From the NCBI GenBank assembly GCA_002269645.1, contig NIVC01000942.1, positions 1-64,000 of the forward strand: DNA of 64,000 nucleotides, in the 5' to 3' direction. The position numbers and the translations under genes were made by a program. Shown in pieces: positions 24,040-48,181 of this stretch. Source of the DNA: Macrostomum lignano (taxonomy: Eukaryota). The notes below the pieces were generated by a model. The model searched no databases. It was not told where the DNA came from and saw nothing but the letters and a program-made list of their open reading frames with translations. Each line of letters starts with the position of its first letter. The first letter of the stretch is position 1.

Positions 24040-25490
24040 TTCTGTCATGTCTCTTCTATCCTGTCTCCGATCCCGTCTCTTCCATCCCGTCTTTCCTATC
24101 CCATCTCTCCCATCCCGTCTCTACTATCCTGTCTCCCATCCCGTCTCTTCCATCCCGTCTCTTCCATCCCGTCTCTTCCATCACGTCTCTTCCATCCCGT
24201 CTCTTCCATCCCGTCTCTCCCATCCCGTCTCTCCCATCCCGTCTCTACTATCCTGTCTCCCATCCCGTCTCTTCCATCCCGTCTCTTCCATCCCGTCTCT
24301 CCCATCCCGTCTCTACTATCCTGTCTCCCATCCCGTCTCTTCCATCCCGTCTCTTCCATCACGTCTCTTCCATCCCGTCTCTTCCATCACGTCTCTTCCA
24401 TCCCGTCTCTCCCATCCCGTCTCTTCCATCCCGTCTCTTCCATCCCGTCTCTTCTATCCCGTCTCTTCCATCCCGTCTCTCCCATCCCGTCTCTCCCATC
24501 CTGTCTCTTCCATCCCGTCTCTTCCATCCCGTCTCTTCCATCCCGTCTCTCCCATCCCGTCTCTCCCATCCTGTCTCTTCCATCCCGTCTCTTCCATCCC
24601 GTCTCTTCCATCCCGTCTCTTCTATCCCGTTTATTCCATCTCATCTCTCCTATCCCGTCTCTCCCATCCCGTCTCTCCTATCTTATCTCTTCCTTCCTGT
24701 CTCTTCCATCCCATCTCTCCCATCCTGTCTCTTCTATCCTGTCTCTTTCTTCCCATTTCTTCCATCCCATCTCTCCCATCCCATCTCTCCCATACTTTCT
24801 GTCCCATCCCACCTCTCCTATCCCATCTCTCTCATCCCGTCTCTTCCATCCCGTCTCTCCCATCCCGTCTCTCCCATCCTGTCTCTTCCATCCCGTCTCT
24901 TCCATCCCGTCTCTTCCATCCCGTCTCTTCTATCCCGTTTATTCCATCTCATCTCTCCTATCCCGTCTCTCCCATCCCGTCTCTCCTATCTTATCTCTTC
25001 CTTCCTGTCTCTTCCATCCCATCTCTCCCATCCTGTCTCTTCCATTCTTCTCCCATCCTGTCTCTTCTATCCTGTCTCTTTCTTCCCATTTCTTCCATCC
25101 CATCTCTCCCATCCCATCTCTCCCATACTTTCTGTCCCATCCCACCTCTCCTATCCCATCTCTCTCATCCCGTCTCTTCCATCTCGTCTCTCCCATCCCG
25201 TCTCTCCCATCCCGTCTCTCCCATCTCATCTCTTCCATCTTAACTCTCCCATCCCGTCTCTTCCATCCCGTCTCTTCCATCTCGTCTCTCCCATCCCGTC
25301 TCTCCCATCCCATCTCTTCCATCTTATCTCTCCCATCCCGTCTCTCCCATCTCATCTCTTCCATCTTAACTCTCCCATCCCGTCTCTTCCATCCCGTCTC
25401 TCCCATCCCATCTCTTCCATCCCGTCTCTCCCATCCCGTCTCTTCCATCCCGTCTCTCCCATCCCATCTCTCCCATCCCATCTCTCCTAT
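24040..25490. repeat. 14-bp minisatellite CATCCCGTCTCTTC/CATCCCGTCTCTCC
   Basis: About 100 degenerate tandem units; source of the PVSSIPSLPSRL-type ORFs. Confidence 0.95.
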
Positions 25491-27799
25491 ATTCCTTACC
25501 TCTCACCCTCTATCTCAAGCAGTATTCTGGATCCCCATTATTAATTTCGCTCTGCTCAGCTGCTTTCATTGACTTGCTACTTGTAGATTTACCAGCAGAG
25601 TGGTTCTCAATCTGACCTGTTGTGCCCTCAGTTGTCTGCTCAACCAACTCTGCAGGTGCTCAATTCCATTCAGGCGGAGTCAAGAGGGCCGCTTGGAGAG
25701 GACAGCCTGAAGGGGCCACTCAGCAGTCCGGGCCGCCTGTCTGGCTCCCACTGCAGCTCCCCTCCGACCCGCGTGACCCCTCAGTCCGGTGACAAGCATT
25801 GACTCCGCTGCTGCTCCAAGCTTTTCCAACTGTTTGAATTTCGGAGGCAGCACTGCTCAGGCGATTTCAGCCGCGTATGCAGACTCCGCCAAAGCCTCAT
25901 CGTATGACAAATGGCTCGCGATAGCGCCTGAAGAGGCTGGCTAATGATGAAGGGCAGGCTTCGTGGGATTATCGAAAGGAGCGGCGGATGAGGCAGAGAG
26001 AGAGAGAAAAAAGACAAATTTGCGAATAGGTTGGAATTAATAATTCAGTTTATTGGCGAATCCATTTCGGCCTGGCGCTCCGGTCTCCGCCCGATTCCCC
26101 AATCAATTATCGCCAGGTAGGCAGCCCCCCCCCCAACAAGACGGGCTTCATCCGATTAGGAGGCTGAAAGATTTCCTGATATCCGCTCGATCCCACCTGG
26201 GGCTTGGGATCTAGATGAGAATGAGGATAAATCTGTAGTGAGAAAGAGAGATCGAAGAGGAGAGGTGAGTGTGGAGAAAGGAGGGAGGAGAGAGCAGAGA
26301 GAAAAGAGAGGAGACAGGAGGGACGGGAGAGGAGAGATCAGAATCCAGGGAAGCTCGCGCAAACACCGGGGATTTGACGGGCATTCGCAGATTTTATCCT
26401 ACGATCTAATTATGCCATGGTTGCTCTGCGGCGTGGCGCCCCTCTCCGCAGTCGCAATATCTAGATTCCTGCAGGCCCGGCTGCCAGGTAGGGCGGCTGC
26501 TTTGCAGTGAAATTTATGAACCCAAGCCGCTCCCCGCCAGGCCTCTCCTCTGTTCCTGCAGATTCCCGGAACGACAGTTGCGAATTGGCACTCAGTTGAT
26601 GGACAGGTGAGATAGCGGCTGTCAATTGCGGCAGAATCCCGGATATAAACTGAAAGTCCGCGCCCAGCCCCATTGCTTCAATCTGCGTTGGGATTCATTG
26701 ATTAGCCAGGGAAATCGAAAGCACCTGTTCGAAGTTTTCCTGTGCTACATCTCCCCCTCCCAGCTGTCTCATGCGGAACTGCGGGTCGCGCCTGCCTGTG
26801 CAATCGAAGACTTTGACGGCCTCGCTGTGACAGCAGATGACGCGCCGCGCATGGCTCGAATCTCAATAAATCAAGTTTGAAATGCCAATGAGGAGTAATT
26901 GTAAATTCTGTTTCGCTCAGGTGTTTAATGCCCTGACACAATGCGTCCTGACTGAATTTCTGGGCTGCTCGAGGGCGCCACCTGCCAATCTGGGGACTGC
27001 AGAGCCGGAGGAGTGGGCGAGCGGGAAGATGATGGACACGGAAGACTGCGCTCGCCGAAGCCTGAAGATTAGGCACCTGGACACCCCGGCCTCTTTATTG
27101 AAGCCCCTACTCAACGCGGTGGGATATTGGGGGTGAGGATTCCGCGCGTGCGAGATGGGATATCAAAGTGTTTTGAGTTTGAGTGCGGGGCGCGAGTAGC
27201 GGCAGTGCGGTGGGCAAAATCCAATTGCGGCACTTGTCGGTGGGAATCGGGAAGTGGGGGGGGGGGCTGGCAGGATTCGCCACCTTCAAAGCTGATGGAG
27301 AGAAGTGGATGCTGGCCCCATTCCCAACTCATCCTCCGCGGTCCATTAAGGAATTGAGGGGACAGGCTTTGGGATTTCGATCGGCGGGCTTACGGCGGGA
27401 GACAGAGCTGAAGGAGAGAATTTTTGAGTAAGCAGAGACGCCCCCCCCCCCGATTTTATTGAATCCGATCGATGGCCGATCAATGCCGGGTTGGAATGAC
27501 GGGTGGAGTGCGGCAGCCGGGCTCGGGCTGAGACAGTTCAGCTTTGCCGTCCAAATCTGAAGTGATGCATTTTGAATCTGCACTCGCGATACGTGCTGGC
27601 ATGAGAATACTCAGCTCGTATTCTTGGGAGCATTGTTCGGAGTCAACATCGAGGAGACTCTCACTGAAAGCTGTGTTGACTTTTAAAGCGCAAGAAGCCT
27701 CGCAGAGACTACAGAACTTGAACTAATAATATAATCATCATATAATCAGGTAAATTGGCTCGCTTAGCAAGTAAGATGAAAAGAAGTTTCCCCAAACAC

Positions 27800-28335
27800 A
27801 CCCTCAGTTACCCCAGCAAATGCTGACACCAATTTTTACAGCTGGGTGAACTGAAGCAATGCGGAGTTAAGCTTCTTGCTCAAGGACACCAATTGATCCA
27901 GTGGGATGGGAATCGAAAGGGGGGCTGTAGCCCAGCGGTAGCGCAGCTGCTCTGGTGTGCCAGCGACCCAGGCTCGATTCCAAGTGCAGTCACATTAATT
28001 TGGGGCTGAATTGGAATCTCGGCTTGGCTCTGCTCGTGCAATTAACGGCCTTGAGAGCCAACCCCCCAAGGCGCAGTGAAGTGTACATGCCTAACGATAA
28101 TATAAAGTTAGTGCCGCTGTACACTCCTGTGTGAGTGTGTGCCTGCGTACGTATCCGCGCGCTTGTATGCCTGCTCAGGGGAGTCGGCGGAATGGGCAGT
28201 AATGCCTCTCGCCGGTTGTGTGCCTATGTCGCTTAAAGTGCGCCAGGGTGCACACAGCCCCCTTGCCTCTAATAAAAAAAATGGGAATCGAACCCCCGCA
28301 CCTTCAAGTCGTTAGTCCGACGCTAGTCTACAATC
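27800..28335 (-). mobile_element. SINE family A copy interrupted by a family B SINE
   Basis: The family A body (27800-27917) resumes at 28281 with the rest of the tRNA-like head. Confidence 0.8.
27919..28280 (+). mobile_element. Full-length tRNA-derived SINE family B with poly(A) tail and TSD
   Basis: GGGGGCTGTAGCCCAGCGGTAG head, GGCTCGATTCC B box and AATAAAAAAAA tail; target duplication ATGGGAATCGAA at 27906-27917 and 28281-28292. Confidence 0.85.
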
Positions 28336-28689
28336 CGCTTGAACTAACTTCAGGTTAATTTGTATTTTCTAGAGGACTAGTCCAAGCAATGAATTGCAGG
28401 ACATTGCCAACTTAGAATGAGAAATGCGCAGACTCTGCAGCCGTGTTTATCAGTCTGCTAAGCTCATAACTGGCATCGCCGCCGCCAACATTCGAAGACT
28501 GACGCGAGGCCAAAGCCAAAATTCACTCCGCTAGGGCTGCGGGAGCTGCTGCAAAACAGTGCGCAGCCTGCGAGCGTACAGGCCGCCAATTAGCCTTCCC
28601 TGTTAATGAAAACTGAAGTTCAATTCCCTGCGGGCCGCTCTCTGCCCCCATCTCCCCCCTCTCTCTTCCCTCTTCCCTCACAAAGAAAA

Positions 28690-29096
28690 ATTGCTAAATT
28701 GTCAAATCCCAACATGTGGCGCGACAGGATCACGGCAGAATCTTCCCTTTCCACTTCGATAGCTTTCCCTTCCTGCCCGGCCTGCCCGCCAATGGCCGGC
28801 CGCCGGAGGCTGGGGAATGGCGGTTAAAGCAGCGCCGGCTATCAGCCTCATCATCCATCCAGATCCCATTCCAGTCTCCTCAGCCCGACTCAGCGCCTCC
28901 CCAGCCTCCCAGGCCCAATCGCCGATTGCCGCATTCCATCGGGCCGCCCGCCTCAGCCTCCGCCGCATCGCATTCAATTTATATCCCCCTTCATCTGCGC
29001 CCCGGGAACGCCGCATCTGAACAGCCAGCTTCGCGAATCCCGCAGCCGGACAGCCAGATTCGAACCGCCCACCGACAATCTGCAAAAAACGCACAG
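28690..29096 (+). other. Probable non-coding 5' UTR exon of ARID3 (5' boundary approximate)
   Basis: Strong donor CAG|GTAAGG at 29097 and strong acceptor CTCCTCGCAG| at 29651, 2 nt before the ARID3 ATG; no in-frame upstream ATG. Confidence 0.45.
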
Positions 29097-29653
29097 GTAA
29101 GGAGAAATCAGGAATCTTCTATTCGGGTGGGACATCAATTAAGCGGTGATAAATTTTATTCCCCAATAGTAAAATCCCCGCGGTTGCGCAGTTCTTCATT
29201 GCATCGGTGGAGTAGAAAAACTTTGCTCTTTTGGACGCTGCCGGCTTTCTGTTATTTCTCGCGATGAAGTTAATTATGGCTCTGCCGGCTCTCCGTCTGA
29301 TTCTCCGCCCCGCTTCCTACCGGCGGCCGGACCTGCCGTCTCCCCATGGGGATAATTCCGGCTAGGGGGAACGATACGGGGGGAATTATATTGTTTTTTA
29401 TAGACAGATTTTTCGGACTGCCTCGAATTTGCCGCTGAGCGAAGGAGGGCGGGAGGTGAAAATTGGTGGAACAGAAAAAAATACGAGCTTCTCCGTGTCT
29501 CCGGGCGCCTCGATGACTCATCGCCTGGCACCGAAAATAAGTCTAGGGACCAAATTTCTTTAAGGGGGTGATGACCCGGCCCCATAAAACCTCCGGTTTG
29601 CATAGCGCAGCATAATAACTGACTGCCCTCTCCGCTGCCAACTCCTCGCAGTC

Positions 29654-40661
<11,008 letters not shown>

Positions 40662-41883
40662 ACTGAGAGACGTGAGGCTCTGAGGAACTCGTGACGATTC
40701 GCAGTCGGAGGCTACTTGTAGATTTCCAAGCTGTCACTTTTCCGCGGCCATCGGGGGGAGTTGGTAAATGAGATCAGAGTGCCATTTCGCTGCAGAATCT
40801 CTGTTACACAGCAATAGTAGATTGTAAATTACTTAAAATCCTGGAGGACCTTGCTTAATTTCTCTTTGTCGATGCAGTTGTTATTATTGCTTTAGCGAGA
40901 TGCACGCTTGGCCCGCGAAGGTCTGCAAACAAAAGTCCACAGTCGAGCTTTTTCAAGCGCATCCGCACGAGATTTTATTCGAAGTTGCTAATAGCATTCG
41001 AAATCTTTGTTTTACACCACTTTAAATATTGGCTATGAATTTCACTTGTTGTATGGACGAACTGCAGACTGTATTCTGCGCATAGAATTTCTCTTTTGTT
41101 ATATTCTTGTACATGGCCCACACAAATTAAACATATAGGTGTCGTGCATAGACCAGTAGGCATGAAATTTTGTGTTTCAAAGCTTCTTTATCCGACTGTG
41201 GCATTGTGCATTCACTGTGCTTCAATTATTTGAAATGCTGCTTTGTCGAGTTAATCAACCTAAATAAAATACATGATTGTTGTTACTGCTTGATTAACCA
41301 CGGTGGTTCATTAACCACTAAATTCAGCTTATAAAATGCTTAAAAGTTTTATCTATAACTTATTTCAAACTTTCAATTCGTGATGAAGGGGATGTGTAAC
41401 TTGCGAGCTAAGTACAAAATGTTGCCAAACAGTACCCTGGATCGGCTGTCCTACATCACCGAATGGAAGAAACAGATACCTCAGAAATTCAGGTAGATGC
41501 GGGAACATCATGCAAACGCAAAAGAAGATAAAATTTCAAATAAATATCCGCACATCTGTCGATAAACTTCTCTGACGGCTGTTCAGGCGCGATCCGCGGA
41601 GAAAAACCTGCGATGACAGTTTTGACAGCGATCCGCGATCCGCAGTCATCCCCGCGGTGACAATGACACAAATAGAAGACCGAGAATACAGCTGCAAAGC
41701 TTTCAGAAGTTTCTAATCTTCGCTGAAAATACTTGCCACTGATTGCTGGCTTGTCACTGAATTCTGAGAAGCGACATGCTTAGTGTCACCCGCCCGAGCT
41801 CGCGCGTGACCCAGCTGCTCAGCGCATGGATATAGATCTAAGCTGGCATCGGCTGACAACTGACAGACACGAGCGTTCCTGTG

Positions 41884-41890
41884 TATAAAA
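41884..41890 (+). promoter_or_regulatory. Candidate TATA box of the cysteine-rich peptide gene
   Basis: TATAAAAG about 100 nt upstream of the ATG at 41988. Confidence 0.55.
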
Positions 41891-41987
41891 GAGAAAACAT
41901 TGGGCCGTCTGTTTTGAAGCAGCCATCTCCCAAGTCTCCCTTCTGCATGTTGATACAAAAGCTTCCAAAACTCCAAAAGCTCTGGCC

Positions 41988-42328
41988 ATGTCTGCTAGCA
42001 AAGCTGCTGTGATCATCTTCCTGCTCAGTTGGCTGATTTCCGCTGGCCAGGCGGTGCGGCGCCCCAGCCCGATGGAGCTGTCCCGAACGGAGGTCAAGCG
42101 AATTCGCATGGACAGTGAGTTGACAGCTCGTAATGCTTTTAGGAACAAAACAGCAGAACTTTTTTTCTGACCCACGGTTCACTTTCTGTTCCAGCGCACC
42201 AAGCTTTCGTGCCGTTCTGCAGCTACCGATGCAAGGTGCACTTCGGGCCGGAGCGCCAGTGCATCGGCTACTTCAATCCGAAGACGAGCGTCTGCTATTG
42301 CGTGTGCACCAAACCGGCTCCGGCCTGA
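41988..42328 (+). CDS. Small secreted cysteine-rich peptide precursor (86 aa), defensin/mytilin-like
   Basis: Exon 41988-42114 (A|GTGAGT), 80-nt intron, exon 42195-42328 (TTCTGTTCCAG|). Product: MSASKAAVIIFLLSWLISAGQA-VRRPSPMELSRTEVKR-IRMDTHQAFVPFCSYRCKVHFGPERQCIGYFNPKTSVCYCVCTKPAPA*. Confidence 0.85.
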
Positions 42329-42607
42329 GTGCGAGCCAGAGCGCTTTGAGCGCTTCTCTATGGACAAGAAAGACAAACAATTTTCGCACCGTTGCACTTT
42401 GCAAGACAAAAATGCGAAGAAAAAAGTTGCACAATGTTAGATTTCAATTTTTCTGCACACATAACAGGTTAAACTATACAGTATGCGAAATTAGGTACAT
42501 GCCGCAAAAAGTTGTTATTTTTCAAATTTTTATAGACAAGTTGCCGGAGGAAAAAAACTGAGCAAGAGACAATGAAAAGTTTCCCGCTTAAAATACACAC
42601 TTTTTAG

Positions 42608-43342
<735 letters not shown>

Positions 43343-44988
43343 TAGATACAGCAGCACTTTTCCTGCGCAAAAGCTAAGTCTCAATATTGCTTGCTTGCTT
43401 TAATTATTTCCTGAACTTCTGCAACGCCTTGCGCTTGCTTTAGTAAAGCTGAGTTCAGTTGGCGTTGACAGTTGTTCCTAAAAATTTTTCGATTCCACAC
43501 GGTAGATTTCTAACCACAACAAGGTAGGAATGAGTTTGTCTTCTTTTCTCAATCCATAGCAGCGCGGAATCTGCGGTGGTGCAAAGCCAGCCAGGGTCCT
43601 GAGAACCTCAATTTTCTGTGGGTATGTGACTTGCACACAATGACTACTCAGGTAGAAGGACAATCATTCTATCAATACTTGAGTAGTTCTTACTTGCACA
43701 CAGTATCTTTCAAATACTTTTAACTATATTTTGGAATCGGTCGTAAATAGTAGCCACAACACAAATATCAGCTGGTTACATTTCATCTCCATCGAGCAGT
43801 TGCAGTCCGTGTAGGCTTTCCGCCCTGAGAAGAACAGGGTTTCATCCTCATCGTGGCCCAGTGGCTCAGATCTTGACTCTTTGTTGGATCATCGAACAGG
43901 CATCATTCAATTAATCTTGATTATAGCCTTCGACTAAGGTCGTCGGTGATGTGTTCCTACTGATCATGCTTCTTGCACCAGAGCAGATTGTTTCTGACAT
44001 CAAAGCGATGTAGTTCGAGACGAAGATGCTCTGTCAACCACCGGGTTTGTCTATCAGTTTCATTCAAGAAATTCTCTCCTGGCATGAATTTTTCAGTTAC
44101 TTTTCTGCGCGTTCAGGTACTTGGTTGGATCCTTTGCGAACTTGCTCTCCCTAACAACGATGATGGCTTGCTCTCCCTAACAACGATGACTGGCGCTGTG
44201 CCAGTGGGCCAACTGAAGAGGCGGATCAAAACGCTCTGCTACGCCAGTTTATCTGTCGCACTGTTGTTCTCAATGTTCCAACGCTAGCACTGGTCCACAT
44301 GAGCAACACTGGACAGTTTTGGGACTTCAAGAGCACCGACGAGTGGCCCTCGAGTGCTGGTGGCCATCGAGTCCATCGAGTGCTGGTGGTGGCTGTGCAC
44401 TTAGGACAGGAATAAATGAAAGCATTGACTGATGTAGCTCGTATGGCTACAGCTATAGCTTATAAGCTAGAATGCGCGAGCAAGATGAGCATTTTCATCG
44501 TCCCGATTTCATCATCCCTGATTTCGTAGTTCTGAGACAATGACTTTTTTAAGCAGGGAGTCAAGACCATTATATACATGTAGCTCAGTTAACCCACTAA
44601 TAGCTCGCCCGGCCGGTGATGTTATCTTCTTTACCTGAATTTTTCTTACTCACATCAAATTATGCTGTATAGTTTTGTAGTCTCACATAATAATCTTCAC
44701 ATATGAGCGTCATGTCGAGAGATTCATAGCGACGTAGTTTGTAAATCTAAGAATATAAGATACGAGAATTCGCTCGTGAAATACTTAAAATTTATCAATT
44801 GCAAAAGCACGAATCCCCTAACTTTTTAAAAATTATTTTAACGAATTGCGCGACTTAACTTTGAGAAATTTGCTTTTTGGTTTGAAAAAAGGATCGCACG
44901 GAGGATTCATTTATTTAGAATAGTCCTCATCATTTTAGTTAAGTCTAGGTCGAAGTTGGTTGAGGGGGTTGGTTGAAGGGGTCGAAGA

Positions 44989-45315
44989 GGGGGTTGTAGC
45001 CTAGTGGTTATAGAGCGTCGGCCTCACGACTGGAAGGTCGGGGGTTCGATTTCCCGATCCCACTGGAACAATTTGTGTCCTTGAGCAAGACGTACCACTT
45101 AACTCTATTACTTCAGTTCACCCAGCTGTAAAATGGGTACCAGCATTAGCTAGGGTATAAATTGAGGGTGTGTAGTGACCCCCCAGTCCTTGGACTGAAC
45201 AGCCTACATATACATGTACGTCGCAGCTTGATCAGATGCACCGCGCAATAGCTGCGGCTGAGCTGTCGGCTGCACATCTGGCCCAATTGGGGCAGGTGTG
45301 ATCAATTATTACAAT
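44989..45315 (+). mobile_element. SINE family A, full-length copy
   Basis: Same head and body as 498-790; GGTCGAAG on both flanks (44980-44987, 45320-45327) as a probable TSD. Confidence 0.85.
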
Positions 45316-45673
45316 TATAGGTCGAAGTGAATTAGAACGCGATTATTGGTATTAGCTTGCGTGTACGAGTATTTAATAGGCCTATTGTAATATATTTGGA
45401 TCAGCCCCAGGGTCTTGCAGATTGTTACCCACTGCACATGAAGCACTAGATAATAGATATATACTAGATCTACATCATGATCACGTCACGTGCTAGTAGC
45501 TGGCTACTGATTGTACATGGTGGACCTACTAGTTAACCAACCGGACCAGCTAATTTTAACTAGCGGCATAAATAAATGCAGAACTTTCCCGCGTTAAATT
45601 ATTTTTTGAAAATTACGTGATATTAACATATTGCCGAAATTAGTATTGGCACTGCGGATTGTTAAGAGTCACT

Positions 45674-45934
45674 GGGCCTTTTCATATTACCAATTCCAGA
45701 ACCAGAATCGGTTCGGAATTCCAAGAAAAAACAGCAGTATAACTATTAAACTCTGTTAATATTTGACTGCCTTAACAACCTAACTTAGCACAATTTTTCA
45801 CTTTCTTCTTGGCGATTTTCATTCAATAATAAAAACTTTATAGCACGTATCTCCCTCTAGTTATGGAGACAAAAAGTTATACTTCACAAATTGGTTCTGG
45901 TTCTGGAACCAGAGCAAGCAATATGAAAAGGCCC
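45674..45934. mobile_element. 261-bp MITE, PIF/Harbinger (Tourist)-like
   Basis: Perfect 15-bp TIR GGGCCTTTTCATATT (45674-45688 / 45920-45934), 14-bp subterminal IR TTCCAGAACCAGAA (45694-45707 / 45895-45908), and 3-bp ACT on both flanks. Confidence 0.75.
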
Positions 45935-48181
45935 ACTAAGTTAACAAATCTGTCACAAATCTTCAGATATCGAAGATCACCGATTGGAATTATTGTTGTC
46001 GGTACACGGTACAGGTGGACGCCCAGTGCTCCATTGCGTTGCATTGCATTGCAATTGAAATGAGTGTAAATTTAAACGAAAAATAATTTTACGCGGGCCG
46101 TGGGATGACCCCTAACTGCATTACGCAGCATTTGTAGTTTGTGCCTAAGTAGCTAATATTATATGAGTACAATATGTGTCTCTCACTATCTGGCATTTTT
46201 TTCGATGCAGCTGGGTACCCTATTAGTGAGCTAGGGCTGCTAGGTCCTATATTGTAGCCTATATCCTAGGAAATTAATCTATATTCTATAGGAAATTAAA
46301 TGCATTGATTTACGAGTAACTATTCTAATGTCTTTAAATCAAAATATGATGCCTAATTCAGTAATTGGGTTCTTAGACACTTTGTCATCTTACCACTTTG
46401 TTATCCACTCATTATATTGTGATGGATCTGGGTGGGTCGGGTGAGGTTGCAGGACTACTTTCTATTGAGTTGATAAGTTGTATAGCAGTCTATCAGGATT
46501 AGATGATCATTACATTAGGCCTAGACACAATAGGTTATTAGCATATTTATGAGTTAAAAACACTAGCTCAGATTCTATTTATCTTGCATTTTATTTCTAT
46601 ATATTGTTCTGTTCTCAAATATAGAAAACTTGTAAATGAAAAAATGAATAAAGAAAAAAAATTAGGTTTTAAATTGTAACCTAGATTTTATGTTTCTATT
46701 TGTTTTCTTTTTATAATCAATTATAATCCATTGCATTGCTGCACTATTTTGATATCAAAATGATAGAATGTCTTCATTAGTAATATCTTTGCATTGGCAC
46801 TGATGGCTCTTTAGCTAGGGCCTAACATCAATTAAACTAATAAAACCATATTGACTAGACTTTATTTCTAAGTAAGTGTTTATCAGGATGTGGGATATTC
46901 ATGGTCACAAAGCTTCTTATCTTAGATGATTATATAAAATTATATTGACTATTACTAATCCAAGGCCAACACTAATTGATTGCTAGCATATCTAATATCC
47001 ATAGAGATTTATAGATCTTAAAATAGATCAAGTCAAGTAGATCAATGGCAATGGCAACTGGTTCTTGACTTTGGTCATTGTTATCAGAGACTTTCTTAGG
47101 TTATGGGCCATCAAAAAGGCTTTTTTCCATTTAGAACTTGTGGTACCAATGCAATTATATATAAATAAGACATAAGGATGCTTAAGTCTTTAATGCTACC
47201 ACAAACTTCATACAAGGTTTAAGTGCTATAAACCTTTGCAGATAATATAATTTGTACAAATGATTAAATTGCAAAACTTTTATAGAGTATTCATTATGCA
47301 TATATTAGAACAAAAATTATGCATTAATTAAATATTATGCCATCTAATTTGATGTAACAATAAATAGTCCAAGTTTTGTTTAGTGTACAAAGTCAATAAT
47401 AAATATATACATGCCCAACACCCATTTGACCTGTCCAAAATGGACAAGGTAAGTCAAGTCGCAAAATAAAAAATGTAAAAAACTAAAAATTGGGAGAAGA
47501 AAGAAAGGAAAGGAAAAGAAAAGGAAAAGAAAGGAGGGAGAAGAGAGAGAGGGAAAAGAGGAGAGAGAAAGAGAAGAGAAGAAAAGAGAAAAAGGCAAGA
47601 AAAGTCATACAAAATGAAAATTAAGTTGCATGAGGAGAAACTAAGATAAATAAAAAGTTTCAAGCTTTTTAATAGAAAATCAATATACAATTATTTTATT
47701 TCTAAGGTAATAAATATTAAATACCTATGTACAAGCATGGCAAGAACAAGTATATTTAAAAAATCTAGCTTAGATGCTTAGGTTAAAAGTTGGAATAATG
47801 GATAAAAATACATGTATTTATCATCTAAGAAGCATTGATCAGACTGGGATATTTTAATGATAAAAGAACCATTTAAATATTTATTTTGTTATCATTCTAG
47901 TACATGGCCAATGGTAGCTGGTATGATACAAGGGCCATTTGTTGGGATAATAATCATTTACATATAACTTTTTACTGCCACATTGAAATTGCTCTAATTA
48001 GAAATCAACTTTAAGAGCAATATCCAATGCTACTGTTGAATGTTGAATAGCTTCTCTATGTCATTCTATTGCTGATTTATGGCTCATTAAGTGATGAGGT
48101 CTAAGAAGTTGCAATTTCGACCTGATCTCTCGACTCTTTCATGCTCTCATCACCTGGACTTGGTACACTCTTGCCCGCGCA

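Noticed and set aside
23987-25544. 418-aa and 515-aa PVSSIPSLPSRL ORFs
   Set aside because: Products of a 14-bp satellite.
27919-27990. tRNA gene candidates (also at 498 and 44989)
   Set aside because: The acceptor and anticodon stems do not close, and each head continues into a repeated SINE body with a tail or TSD.
43478-44290. Possible DDE/Harbinger transposase relic on the minus strand (fragments such as LFFSGRKAY..QLI)
   Set aside because: The fragments are short and stop-interrupted, and I could not align a catalytic triad; a tBLASTx or HMM search would be needed.
48091-48125. C/D snoRNA-like GTGATGA...CTGA
   Set aside because: Only about 35 nt, with no terminal stem or guide evidence.
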